64,000 bases of DNA from the NCBI GenBank assembly GCA_051530055.1, contig CM121342.1, positions 11,051,480 through 11,115,479 on the forward strand. Direction: 5' to 3'. Each line of letters begins with the position of its first letter. Position 1 is the first letter of the stretch. The notes beneath the pieces are model-generated. The model searched no databases. It had not been told where the DNA came from and was given only the letters and a program-made list of their open reading frames with translations. Origin of the DNA: Neoechinorhynchus agilis. Its lineage: Eukaryota > Animalia > Acanthocephala. Both the position numbers and the translations under genes were made by a program. This document shows, piece after piece, positions 49,201 to 59,859 of this stretch.

Positions 49201-49514
49201 GCATCGAAAAAACAGAAGATAATATGAAACTTGGCAGCGAATAACCTCTTGATGTTGAAATGCCTAAGAGAAGCTTTGCCGCCAGGGACCAAATAACGTG
49301 AAAAATAGGTTCGAGTAAGCTCAGCAGGTGATCTGGTACCCAAAGCTTCCTTTGAGATCTTCACAACAAAATCATCCTTCTTGGTTGGACGTTTAATAAT
49401 GTTAGAAACTGGGGCACAATCATTCCTAACTTCACAATCACACATGGGGGAAATAACTACGTCCGAAACCAGAGGAAAACTTGAACCGGAAAGTGTAGTG
49501 GCCATATCTTCCAA
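46204..49514 (-). mobile_element. Rearranged LINE fragments (gag-like ORF1 with zinc knuckles, RT, APE)
   Basis: ORF1-like 48906-49514 followed by Cys/His clusters. RT IYADDIF (47873-48364), ORF1-start PPDPPD (47088-47387) and APE IICGDFS (46204-46674). Confidence 0.75.
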
Positions 49515-50463
49515 TATACTAACCTTTCAGAGAAGATATCGGCTGCTTACTAGGCTGTTTCTTTGATTTTATCAGAGCGCAAAATTAAACAAAAAATAGC
49601 GCACAGTTTTTTTGTGATTTACTTAATCGCCTTGGGTACATTAATCACATGTCGCGCAATTTTTTTTGTTAAAAAACTGCGCTCTGACACAAAGTTCGAA
49701 TGATCGAGATTTATGGGACCCCGATCCTCCGGATGACCGAAAAGGGGGTCAGATGGAGGTTGATTATGATAATGCGAAGGAACCTTCTATAGAAAGAGGA
49801 ATGGAAGTGGGTGAAGATCCTGCTAAAGTTAGTTATGAGTGTGTGCGATATCCACGTTACCCGGAGAAAAAGGTTGTTATTGATGATAATGTTTTTCTGA
49901 CCCCCCACCAAAGAAGGAATCTGAAGGAAAACTGCTCAGAAAATAAAGAAGATAAGGTGGTTATAACGGATAACGTTTTTGCGGACCCCCACCAAGTCTA
50001 CAGTCGGCAAAGGGGTGAATATGAAATGGTGAGTCTCAATAACAATAATGGGTATTCGGCCACGCCGTTATATATATAATCGCCTTGTTAAGTTTAACCG
50101 ATGGACGGAATAACAAAGCCAGAATTAGTTTTAAATTTCCATTGGGAAAAACAGTGGTACGCTTTCTATGGGGCTCAAGTGGACAAATGCGCACCCGTTG
50201 CCCGAGCTTATTTAGTCCACGGGATAATACTGTGATAAAGAATCCATTTTTTCTATGCAAACTTTTGGAATTGTTTTTTACCGTCTTGAGCTTTAAATTA
50301 TTTTCGTAATTAGTTTTTCTATTATTTGTCACTTCAATAAATATGGAAAATCAAGTAAATATGTACTATTGAGAAAACACAAACACAATGTGATTACCCG
50401 TCTCAAAAGCGCAACGTGAATGATGCACACTGAGATCATATCACTCCCATAAAAGTAATATCG

Positions 50464-51675
50464 ATGAACAAGGCTCAAGAAACCAATATCGGCAAAGAAG
50501 AAGAAACGAGAACTCGACCTGCGAATGTTCAGTCAGCTCCATATATGACGAAAGTTTCAACCGAAGATAAAAATGTAGCGAACCGCAAAAGAAAAAATGA
50601 AGAATCTTTTGAAAATGCAGAAATCAAACGTTCGGCACGGGATACGAGTCATGAAGTCAAAGTCCAATTATCCTCAAACATCAGTGAATGGCAAATAAAG
50701 GCTGACTCAAAGGCTGAAGGTGGTGATGAAAAGATTTCTAAAGGCACGGCTGAAATTAGCAGAAAGACGGTAAACAATAAAGATAAAATATTGATGCAAG
50801 AAAAAACCAACAAGGATAATTTAAGAGGAGAAACGTCGACGCGAAATGGAATGCTTGGAGAGATTGCCTATAAACTCTCTTTCGGCATTGACAAAAATTT
50901 TACAATAATCAGCGGAGATTGGGTATGCCGAGTATTCGGAGAAATGATCTATGGAGAATTCTCCGCGGAGGAAATCCAGCGCGCAGGAGTAGTTCCGATG
51001 TTGTTGCAGATGAACAATAACACAAAAAACATTCGGTATAAATACCTCATACAGAAATTGGCCGACAAATTCGGCGAAACAATCCGAGAGGCAAGATTAG
51101 CCGCAGCAAAAAGTTCTGAGGAGTTGAAAGCCTCGCTGAAGAGAAAGCGCACATTTCCAATGAACGAAGAAGCTAGCGCTGCCCAAAGCGTCGACGACAA
51201 ATCAGCGAAAATGTCTGAATCATTGGATCAGAAGGAAGTCGTTAGCGCTGCCCGAAAGCGCCGGAAATACGTCTTTAATTGTGAAGCCAGGAAATCATTT
51301 CCCAGAAAAGAGAAGATTGTTAAATCTGCAGGATCATCGCAGAGTGAGAAAAGTTCCAAGGCCATTGAAAGGACCAAGGAACCACCTAAACCAATCAATC
51401 ATGATTTGTCCTTTTATTGCAGAGGATTACGTATTGGACTTTATAAGGATTACAGGATATGGAATCTAGACTGGATTCGACGAATGTTCCAGGAAATAAT
51501 GGCAAAGGAAATAACAGCTGAAGAAGTTCAAGCATCCCAAATCATTGAAATATTAGAAAAGATGATTAATCACGTGGCAAACAAAAAACATAAAGAATTA
51601 ATTGAACCAGTTTATGCACAAGTTAAAAATACCCTTGAAAGTTCAGTGGAATCAAAATCAATAGTTAGTGGGTAG
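50464..51675 (+). CDS. 403-aa orphan ORF with two helical repeats, possibly TFIIS-N/LEDGF-IBD-like (copy 1)
   Basis: Long intact ORF with basic NLS-like patches. Two related segments: LSF...DWVCRVFGEM...EFSAEEIQRAGVVPML and LSF...NLDWIRRMFQEI...EITAEEVQASQIIEILEKM. The domain call is by eye only. Confidence 0.55.
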   Translation: MNKAQETNIGKEEETRTRPANVQSAPYMTKVSTEDKNVANRKRKNEESFENAEIKRSARDTSHEVKVQLSSNISEWQIKADSKAEGGDEKISKGTAEISRKTVNNKDKILMQEKTNKDNLRGETSTRNGMLGEIAYKLSFGIDKNFTIISGDWVCRVFGEMIYGEFSAEEIQRAGVVPMLLQMNNNTKNIRYKYLIQKLADKFGETIREARLAAAKSSEELKASLKRKRTFPMNEEASAAQSVDDKSAKMSESLDQKEVVSAARKRRKYVFNCEARKSFPRKEKIVKSAGSSQSEKSSKAIERTKEPPKPINHDLSFYCRGLRIGLYKDYRIWNLDWIRRMFQEIMAKEITAEEVQASQIIEILEKMINHVANKKHKELIEPVYAQVKNTLESSVESKSIVSG

Positions 51676-52179
51676 AATGGCAACAAGACATTTTTATCGA
51701 AATAAAGATGAACTCAATTTTCGTGTTTAGAGTGTAAAAGATTCACAGTTAAAATCATAGCGACAATTAGAAAATCCAACCAATAGCTGTCAGTGGTCCA
51801 ACGATAAAATAGCCGAAAAAGCTTCCATTAACAAATCGTTCAGGAGAATTTGTCTTTACTCCTAAACTCGTGTGGGTTAGTTGATATGTTTCAAGGTAAC
51901 AATGCGTCCTTTTGGTTTTATCAAAAATACAATAAAACTCTTTGAGTCTTAGCTCCCAAAATTTTGAGGACAAGAAAACAAATTGTCCTACCGGAAAAAC
52001 AATAACCAATGGACAACTTTGGAGACCTTTTTCAATCTTTCAAAAGTTCTGGAAAATTGAAGTTCTTGTTTTAAGCCAACGTAAATCACGGACGGAGAAA
52101 GTCGAAATACGTCGCTCGTATTCTAATGATGCATAAAATTAAATGATTTGCCTACAACTTAATTTTTAGGTTGTCCGAT

Positions 52180-54030
52180 TTTTCGGTCTTCAACGATATT
52201 CCGCAATGCCGCCTCCACCACCGACGACACCGATGCCGTACCCGAGCGAAGCGAACCAAATGAAAAGACCAAAGAAACACCCAACGCTACCTGGACACCG
52301 CCCCGTTTGTTTAGATTCTTTTTCAATCGCGAAATTGGGGGTTTTGCGCATTCATGGGCCGTCAAATCACGTTGTTGGGATCTGGTCAAATCCCGCGATC
52401 GCTTCAACCTGCAACACCAAAAAATCCGTCGACGCTCCCCGATGACGCCGGGAGTACGATATCTAGTAGCTAAAGGATTCACCACACTTCTGCTGGACTG
52501 CTTCGAGCAAAATTCTGACTCCTCTTGGACACGGCTCTTTGCTTTCCCCAGACTAGTACTTTCCGCTGGCGATAGTTCGGGGGCGTCCCTCACTGCGGTA
52601 ATCAAAAGACGCCTCGTATCCTTTGAGGAAAGTTTCTTGATCACTCTAGACCGGCTGAGTCTTCTAGGGAGCTGCGCTTTTGATTCAAATGTGGAAAATG
52701 AAATCGGCCATCCACTCCCGAACATCACGATGCGTGCGATAGAGTGCGGGAACTTTCGTCATACGGGGCTCTATTCCTGATCAAGAATACCGTCTTCATC
52801 CCGAAACTACTTTATAAACTGCGCATGGCTTCCTTCTTCAAGCACGCCGATAAGTTAAAGAAGCTCGATGACATTGTGAAGGCGTGTCTCGAGCACATTT
52901 TAAATGTCCAGCTATCAGACGAGGCCTGGTGACATTCGGTGGCTTAGGTATTCGAAAAACAGTATCATTCGAAGGGAGCCGGGATCTGGTAAAACCTATG
53001 TTGAGAACCAAGTTCTGTTTAGCGGACGAATTTCTAGTAGCGATCAAGGAATGGTGGGAGAAGACGGGTTACAACCAAGTTCCCGGGAATGGCTGTGATG
53101 GCGAACGTGACGACGACAGCGCGCATTTCACATATACTGATCGTGTGTATGGACATGTACGTGCTCGCGTCCATTTGCAAGATTGTTAGTTCGCGGTTTT
53201 TTTGTTGAATAAACGCCTAAATGCAGAACAATGGCCTGAAGCAGTCTATCTGGGATAAATCTTTAGTCGCCCGAGCTCACAGTTCTCTAATTTCAGGCTC
53301 TCGCGACGAGGTCGACCGGGCTAAATTGCTGGCAGTCTCTACAAGAGAATCGGGAGCATGGTTAGAAGCCCTACCCATTGCATTCGCAGGAACACTCCTC
53401 GTAGACGAAGCAGTTCGGATCGGAGTTTCCCTCAGATTAGAACTACGGATTTGTGTCGAACATCGTTGCCAGCGTGGAATGATCGTGGATCCATTGGGGA
53501 GACATTGCCTTGTTTGCAACAAGTCAGGGGGCCGTTTACGACGTAATTTCGAGTGCCCTGAATACGGTGAACATCCCAAACATTTCAGAACTAAGTAATC
53601 TGTGCCGACTCGATGGTCGTCGTCCGGATGGCGTCACCCTATTCCCGTGGCGAGAAGGCAAATGTTTTCTCTGGGACGCCACGTGTGTAGACACGTTCGC
53701 GGCAAGTAACAGGAGGTTTGTGGTGCAGTCCCCAGGGGAGCGGCTACTGCCGCGGAGGAACGAAAGGTGGCGAAATATAGAAAATTAAGTAAGTGACACG
53801 TTTTTGTACCCTTTGGAGTTTAGACTCTTGGTGCGCTCGATAGCTCGGCACTTAAATTTACGGAGTAGTTATCGAGTAGACTCCAGGCCAAGACAGGAAA
53901 TACAAGAGCTGGTGCCTTCCTGCGCTAAAACATTGGTCTCGCGATCCAAAGAGGAAACGCAGCGAGTGTGGTCGCGACCACTGAGGGGAGCGAGATGCCT
54001 CTTCTTCGTGGACGATGGTGATTGTTGAAA
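52180..54030 (+). mobile_element. Internally deleted CRE-like element
   Basis: SWTRLFAFPRLVL, ALFLIKNTVFIPKLLYKLR, ESGAWLEALP and RPDGVTLFPWREGKCFLWDATCVDT. The RT core is missing. Confidence 0.85.
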
Positions 54031-54625
54031 AATTTTGTTGTTGCGTGTGTAACCGGTGAATGTTAATAAAATCAAAGAAGTTGTTCAGCACCTTAAAAAT
54101 CATTACTTAATAACCGTTAATTAAACCACGGATTCTTTAGATTATTTTAGCCTTCAGCATAGAATCGCGTGGCGTACTTAATAAAGATCCTCTATATTGG
54201 GAACTTGATTAGTCAACTATACCTTCTTCAATACCTTATCTCAAATCGCCTTGTTCAGTTTAAGCGATGGACGGAATAACAAAGCCAGAATTAGTTTTAA
54301 ATTTCCATTGGGAAAAACAGTGGTACGCTTTCTATGGGGCTCAAGTTAACAAAGGCGAACCCGTTGCCCGAGCTTATTTAGTCCACAGGATAATACTGTG
54401 ATAAAGAATCAATTTTTTCTGTGCAAACTTTTGGAATTGTTTTTTACCGTCTTGAGCGTTGAATTATTTTTGTAATTAGTTTTTCTATTATTTGCCAATT
54501 AAATATGGAAAATCAAGCAAATATGTACTATTGAGAAAACACAAACACAATGTGATTTCCCGTCTCAAAAGCGCAACGTGAATGAAGCAAACTGAGATCA
54601 TATCACTCACATAAAAGTCCTATCG

Positions 54626-55837
54626 ATGAACAAGGCTCAAGAAACGAATATCGGCAAAGAAGACGAAACGAGAACTCGACCTGCGAACGTTCAATCAGCT
54701 CCAGATATGACGAAAGTTTCAACCGAAGATAAAAATGAAGCGAACCGCAAAAGAAAAAATGAAGAATCATTTGAAAATACAGAAATCAAACGTCCGGCAC
54801 GGGATACGAGTCATGAAGTCAAAGTTAGATTATCCTCAAACATCAGTGAATGTCAAACAAGGGCTGATTCAAAGGCTGAAGGTGGTGACGAAAAGATTTC
54901 TAAAGGCTCGGCTGAAATTAGCAGAAAGCCGGTAAACAATAAAGATAAAATATTGATACAAGATAAAACTAAAAGGGATAATTTAAGAGGAGAAACGCCG
55001 ACGCGAAATGGAATGCTTGGAGAGATTGCCTATAAACTCTCTTTCGGCATTGACAAAAATTTTACAATAATCAGCGGAGATTGGGTATGCCGAGTATTCG
55101 GAGAAATGATCTATGGAGAATTCTCCGCGGAGGAAATCCAGCGCGCAGGAGTAGTTCCGATGTTGTTGCAGATGAACAATAACACAAAAAACATTCGGTA
55201 TAAATACCTCATACAGAAATTGGCCGACAAATTCGGCAAAACAATCCGAGAGGCAAGATTAGCCGCAGCAAAAAGTTCTGAGGAGTTGAAAGCCTCGCTG
55301 AAGAGAAAGCGCACATTTCCAATGAGCGAAGAACCTAGCGCTGTCCAAAGCGTCGACGACAAATCAGCGAAAATGTCTGAATCATTGGATCAGAAGGAAG
55401 TCGTTAGCGCTGCTCGAAAGCGCCGGAAATACGTCTTTAATTGTGAAGCCAGGAAATCATTTTCCAGAAAAGAGAAGATTGTTAAATCTGCAGGATCATC
55501 GCAGAGTGAGAAAAGTTCCAAGGCCATTGAAAGGACCGAAGAACCACCTAAACCAATTAATCATGATTTGTCCTTTTATTGCAGAGGATTACGTATTGGA
55601 CTTTATAAGGATTACAGGATATGGAATCTAGACTGGATTCGACGAATGTTCCAGGAAATAATGGCAAAGGAAATAACAGCTGAAGAAGTTCAAGCATCAC
55701 AAATCATTGAAATATTAGAAAAGATGATTAATCATGTGGCAAACAAAAAACATAAAGAATTAATTGAACCAGTGTATGCAAAAGTTAAAAATACTTTTGA
55801 ACGTTCAGTGGAATCAAAATCATTAGTTAGTGGGTAG
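54626..55837 (+). CDS. 403-aa orphan ORF (copy 2)
   Basis: Collinear paralogue of 50464-51675 within a duplicated block (~50079-51855 vs ~54245-56012). Confidence 0.55.
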   Translation: MNKAQETNIGKEDETRTRPANVQSAPDMTKVSTEDKNEANRKRKNEESFENTEIKRPARDTSHEVKVRLSSNISECQTRADSKAEGGDEKISKGSAEISRKPVNNKDKILIQDKTKRDNLRGETPTRNGMLGEIAYKLSFGIDKNFTIISGDWVCRVFGEMIYGEFSAEEIQRAGVVPMLLQMNNNTKNIRYKYLIQKLADKFGKTIREARLAAAKSSEELKASLKRKRTFPMSEEPSAVQSVDDKSAKMSESLDQKEVVSAARKRRKYVFNCEARKSFSRKEKIVKSAGSSQSEKSSKAIERTEEPPKPINHDLSFYCRGLRIGLYKDYRIWNLDWIRRMFQEIMAKEITAEEVQASQIIEILEKMINHVANKKHKELIEPVYAKVKNTFERSVESKSLVSG

Positions 55838-56699
55838 AATGGCAACAATACATTTTTATCGAAATAAAGATGAACTCGATTGTTGTTTTTATAGTGTTAA
55901 AGAATCATAAAATCTTAGTGACAATTAAAAAATCCGACCAATGGCCGCCAGTCGTCTCACCATAAAATAGGCGATAAAGCTTTTATTAGCAAATCTTTCA
56001 GGAGAATTTGTCGTCTATATCAGACTAACTTAGAAAATACATTGAACAAAAATAAAAAAATGTCTAAAGAACATTCTAAATTCAGAAATAGATGATGTTA
56101 AACGAAATGAGTTTTACATTTTTCGGAAAATAGTACCATTTTTTGAGAGAAACCTTATTTTTCATAACTTCATCAGTAACTGGAAACGAACTGTCCTCTC
56201 CAAGGATAGAAACCCTTTGGGCGATCTCATTACCCTTAACATTATATACAGCAACATCGGCAGGCATTCTTTTGCCTGCCCCACTCTCACGCAAACAACC
56301 CTTATCCTTATTGACCTCCATCATCTCTAAGTAATCCACATCACCGCCATCAGGCGGCTCGAAGCATCTCGTATCAATAGTTTTATCACGCGCGAAGCGA
56401 AATCCTAAATTAGCGCGTATAACCATTTTCCTTGATGCGCAAATTCATCAATTCAAATAACCGTAAAATTCGTTAATTTTTTATCGATAAAACGATTTTT
56501 TGTGTGAACACAAACCGAAAAAGGCCTTAATGTGGAAAACTCGAGTCTCATCTTTATGCACTCTGACCGTTATATCAAAATAAATGCTTTGTGGCAGTTA
56601 CGTTATGGAAGATTTGCTAAAATAAAGACCGAGAATTAGATCCATCCATTGATTTGTCATCGGTTACGGGCAGAAAAAGCGCCAATTGGTCGCGGCGTT

Positions 56700-57300
56700 C
56701 GGTTCCATGAGGGACAAATAGTCATAACAATTCCAATACAGAGCAGTTTTGGGTTTTTGCGGGGTTTCCGTCGCTTGTAAATGGAATCACCTCAAAAACA
56801 TGGAAAAACAATACAGACGAGTTTCCAAATCTTTTACTTGTCCGCTCCGCTCATTGGCTCGTCCATGTTTTAATTTCGAAAGCAGTGGAACAGTCAGTAT
56901 TCGCAAAGCAGCAGCCAATTGCGATTTCCGTGGTCGGTGTGTCGTATCCTAACGTGATTTTTCATTAGTCGAATCGGGCCTCGTCACGACCGAAGATCCA
57001 CATGTTCCGTCTCCGAAAAGTCGCTGCAATCAATATGGTGTGCCTGGAAAATATTATACCCACAATCATTCCGGTCAATGAAGATTTGACTGCACTAAGG
57101 AACCTCATAGGACAGAACGTTCGGTTAATCCGGCGTATCCCTCGATGAGCGAAACCCATTATAGTGGTGAAACTTGAAGACTTGATACAAGCGTTTGCGA
57201 CGACCCTCTCGACGAAATCCCGTTTACATTCATTCGCTAAATCAGCGTTTCGCGTTCCATGAGTGCACCCTACAGTCTCTTTATGCTCGGCGCCAAGCAA
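56700..57300 (-). mobile_element. Possible degenerate Tc1/IS630-like transposase fragment
   Basis: WIFGRDEARF resembles the first catalytic Asp motif, and KRFGNSSVLFF resembles K.GGGSVMVW. Weak and interrupted by stops. Confidence 0.3.
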
Positions 57301-57399
57301 TTGTAGTATTTCAGAGTCCCCTAAGCGACTGGAGGACGGTTCATCGGGATAAACAAATTATCGAAATACTTCGAGATATTCACCCTAAAAGAGGCATTT

Positions 57400-57960
57400 G
57401 AACTTTAAGCCAAGTTTCCGACCCTTCTCCACCCAACACCTCGGAATCTGCAATAATATCGGACCTTCACTTGTTCCCATCATCTTCCTCTGGCTAACAC
57501 CTCCCATTTTCGGGACTTTATCAGCACATCGAGTGGTGCAGCCCAGGTCCGCTTGATAAAATCACTTGGCCAACTCAAAAGCATGTTGTTCAGCGGTAAA
57601 ATCGAGCCCTCGATGATATATATACTATGCGGGGCGAAATGGTAGGGTGAAGAACATTGCAATTGGTTGCACCTTCCGCCGATTAGGTGCCAAGATTGCG
57701 TTTCAACTCGGTGTTGGTGTTCCCGGAGATGTCAAGGCGGCTGTCCGCGCCGAAAGGTGTATTGCCGAACATGGCCTGGAGGTATATTCTGCCATAATCA
57801 TTCTGGACTCCAGGAATGCCTTCAATTCGATCAACCGTCATGCAGTTAACAGCTGGATTAAAAAAAGGTAGTTCTCGAACTTATTACCATTCGTCGCGAT
57901 GTGTAACGATGGCGACTTGATATTTGGCGACACTTTGATAGTCTCTCGAGTGGGATCCTC
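57400..57960 (+). mobile_element. CRE-like RT fragment
   Basis: IAIGCTFRRLGAKI...QLGVGVPG...AAVRA...LD.RNAFNSINR. Confidence 0.75.
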
Positions 57961-58149
57961 TTGGATCATAACAAATATAAATGCACTTCATAAAAAAAGC
58001 TCGGAAAGCAGAGAAGCAAAGAACATCGATAACAGTAATACGTTTGATAAACCAAAAATACACAGGGATAAAATTTGTCGATTTGCCTTCCCTGCGACAA
58101 GACGATAATTTTGTATACTATAAAACGGTGGTAAAACCTTGCAGGCATC

Positions 58150-58360
58150 CTTAAAAATAAGTAAAAATATGAAAAGCATGAAGTTGCATAGGCGGTCCAC
58201 TGCAAAGACTGCTCACCTAAATTTGTGGTAGAAATCAAACCAAGACTAAAGAAAGGGATCGCACAACACAAAAAGCATTTAGGCGTTACGATGCTTCCCT
58301 GGCAATAGCCAATCATGTTTGGAACTGTGGAAAGCAAATTAAATTTGATGACGCGAATGT
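58150..58360 (+). mobile_element. PLE GIY-YIG remnant
   Basis: VAYAVHCKDCSPKFVVEIKPRLKKGIAQHKK is a decayed VVY.I.C.DC...Y.GET.R.L..RI.EH. Confidence 0.55.
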
Positions 58361-58399
58361 GTGATTTTATATTTATTTATTTGTTGCGCATATATTCAA

Positions 58400-59850
58400 G
58401 GTCTTTTTTAAAGAATCTATGAATTTGCATACATTATCCAAATCTAAATGTATATGTTAGTAGTAGGACAAGAAAAGAAATCTCGAGTTAGAGTAGATCT
58501 CAGTACTCCCCGGACTCCTTTCCCTCCATAGAAAAAACTAACCTGTTTACTGGTCTAAAGTAAAGACTCAATTACACAATAATTTCCACTTTGTCCTTTT
58601 GAATTAAATTAGTGAATAAAATATAAAAGTCAAGCTTCTTGGTGGGATTAAGTTTTATCAGAATATAATCAGGTTTGATATTTAGTGCCTTCGCTTTTAA
58701 AGAGACTAAATAAATTTCATTCTTAAAAAATAAAAATTTATTGGCTGGAAAATGAGGAGAATAATACCAGATTTTAGTAAAAAATACGGTGTAAGGTCGA
58801 GAGGAGACTCAGTTTTTAATAAACTGATTAAAAAAGGCCAATCGAAGTTCAGTAGGACGTTCCCTTGCAAAGAAACATAATGAACCTCCTTAAAGCGTCA
58901 TTAAAATTCTAGAAATATAATTAAAAGTGAGCCCAATGCGAAGCATACGATTCAAGAGATTTCTTGCTTTATAAAATATTCCAGAGAGCGAGGAATTAAT
59001 CAAAAACGTTGCCTATTTGATAGAAAATCTATGCCAAGTATTCGGTTGTGTCTCTTGAATAAAAAAGCTGAAAATGTTGAATGCGAAGCCAGATCTTTTT
59101 CAATTGAGCCCTAGAGGAGTAAGATATAGTAAGCGGTAGGATAACTGTTTTCGATGGATTAACAACAAAATTACCTTCCTTGAGGCCGTTCTGTAACCCT
59201 ATTAAAAAGGAATCTATATGATTTAAGAGGAAAGTCCTACTTTTACGTTTACAAAAGATAAAAATGTCATCTGCGTAAATCAGAGGGTATACCGATTTTG
59301 ATTTAGCCACAATATTCTTAAAAATATATATATAATTACAATTAGAAACAGAGTAGCGGACAGTGGAGATCCCTGTGGTACACCGTATTTAGAGAAAAAA
59401 CGAGTACGGCCAGGGTCTATGTCATAATAAACAGATTTAGTTTCCATAAGATTATTTATTTTATAAATTTGATTCATTGGAACTTTAAAAAAATAGAGAG
59501 CTTTATACAATAATCGCCTATCGATTGAGTAGGATGCTTTACTAAAATCCAGTAAAATTAAAAATTAATTTACATTCAAGTATTTTTCATTAAGGGAGAC
59601 ATTTTGAGACCAACTACCTTGATTATTGATATTGAAACATCAATCAATATAAGAGCGTATCTATCAAGTCACCAAGAAGTTTTAATATCAACAATAGGGG
59701 TATTTAAACAATAATCGCAGGAAAAATCTCTAACGATCGTTATTCTTGGAGATTTTCTACTCCTCAGGTTTGTGGACAAAATTCTCACCGGGTATCAAGA
59801 CGATCTAAATTGGAAAGGTCCGAGCTCTAACTATTGCGACGTTCGCCTGA
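58400..59850 (-). mobile_element. Degenerate LINE RT fragment
   Basis: YGVPQGSPLSATLF (59280-59510) and LIYADDIF (59029-59310). Confidence 0.8.
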
Positions 59851-59859
59851 GCACAGCCT

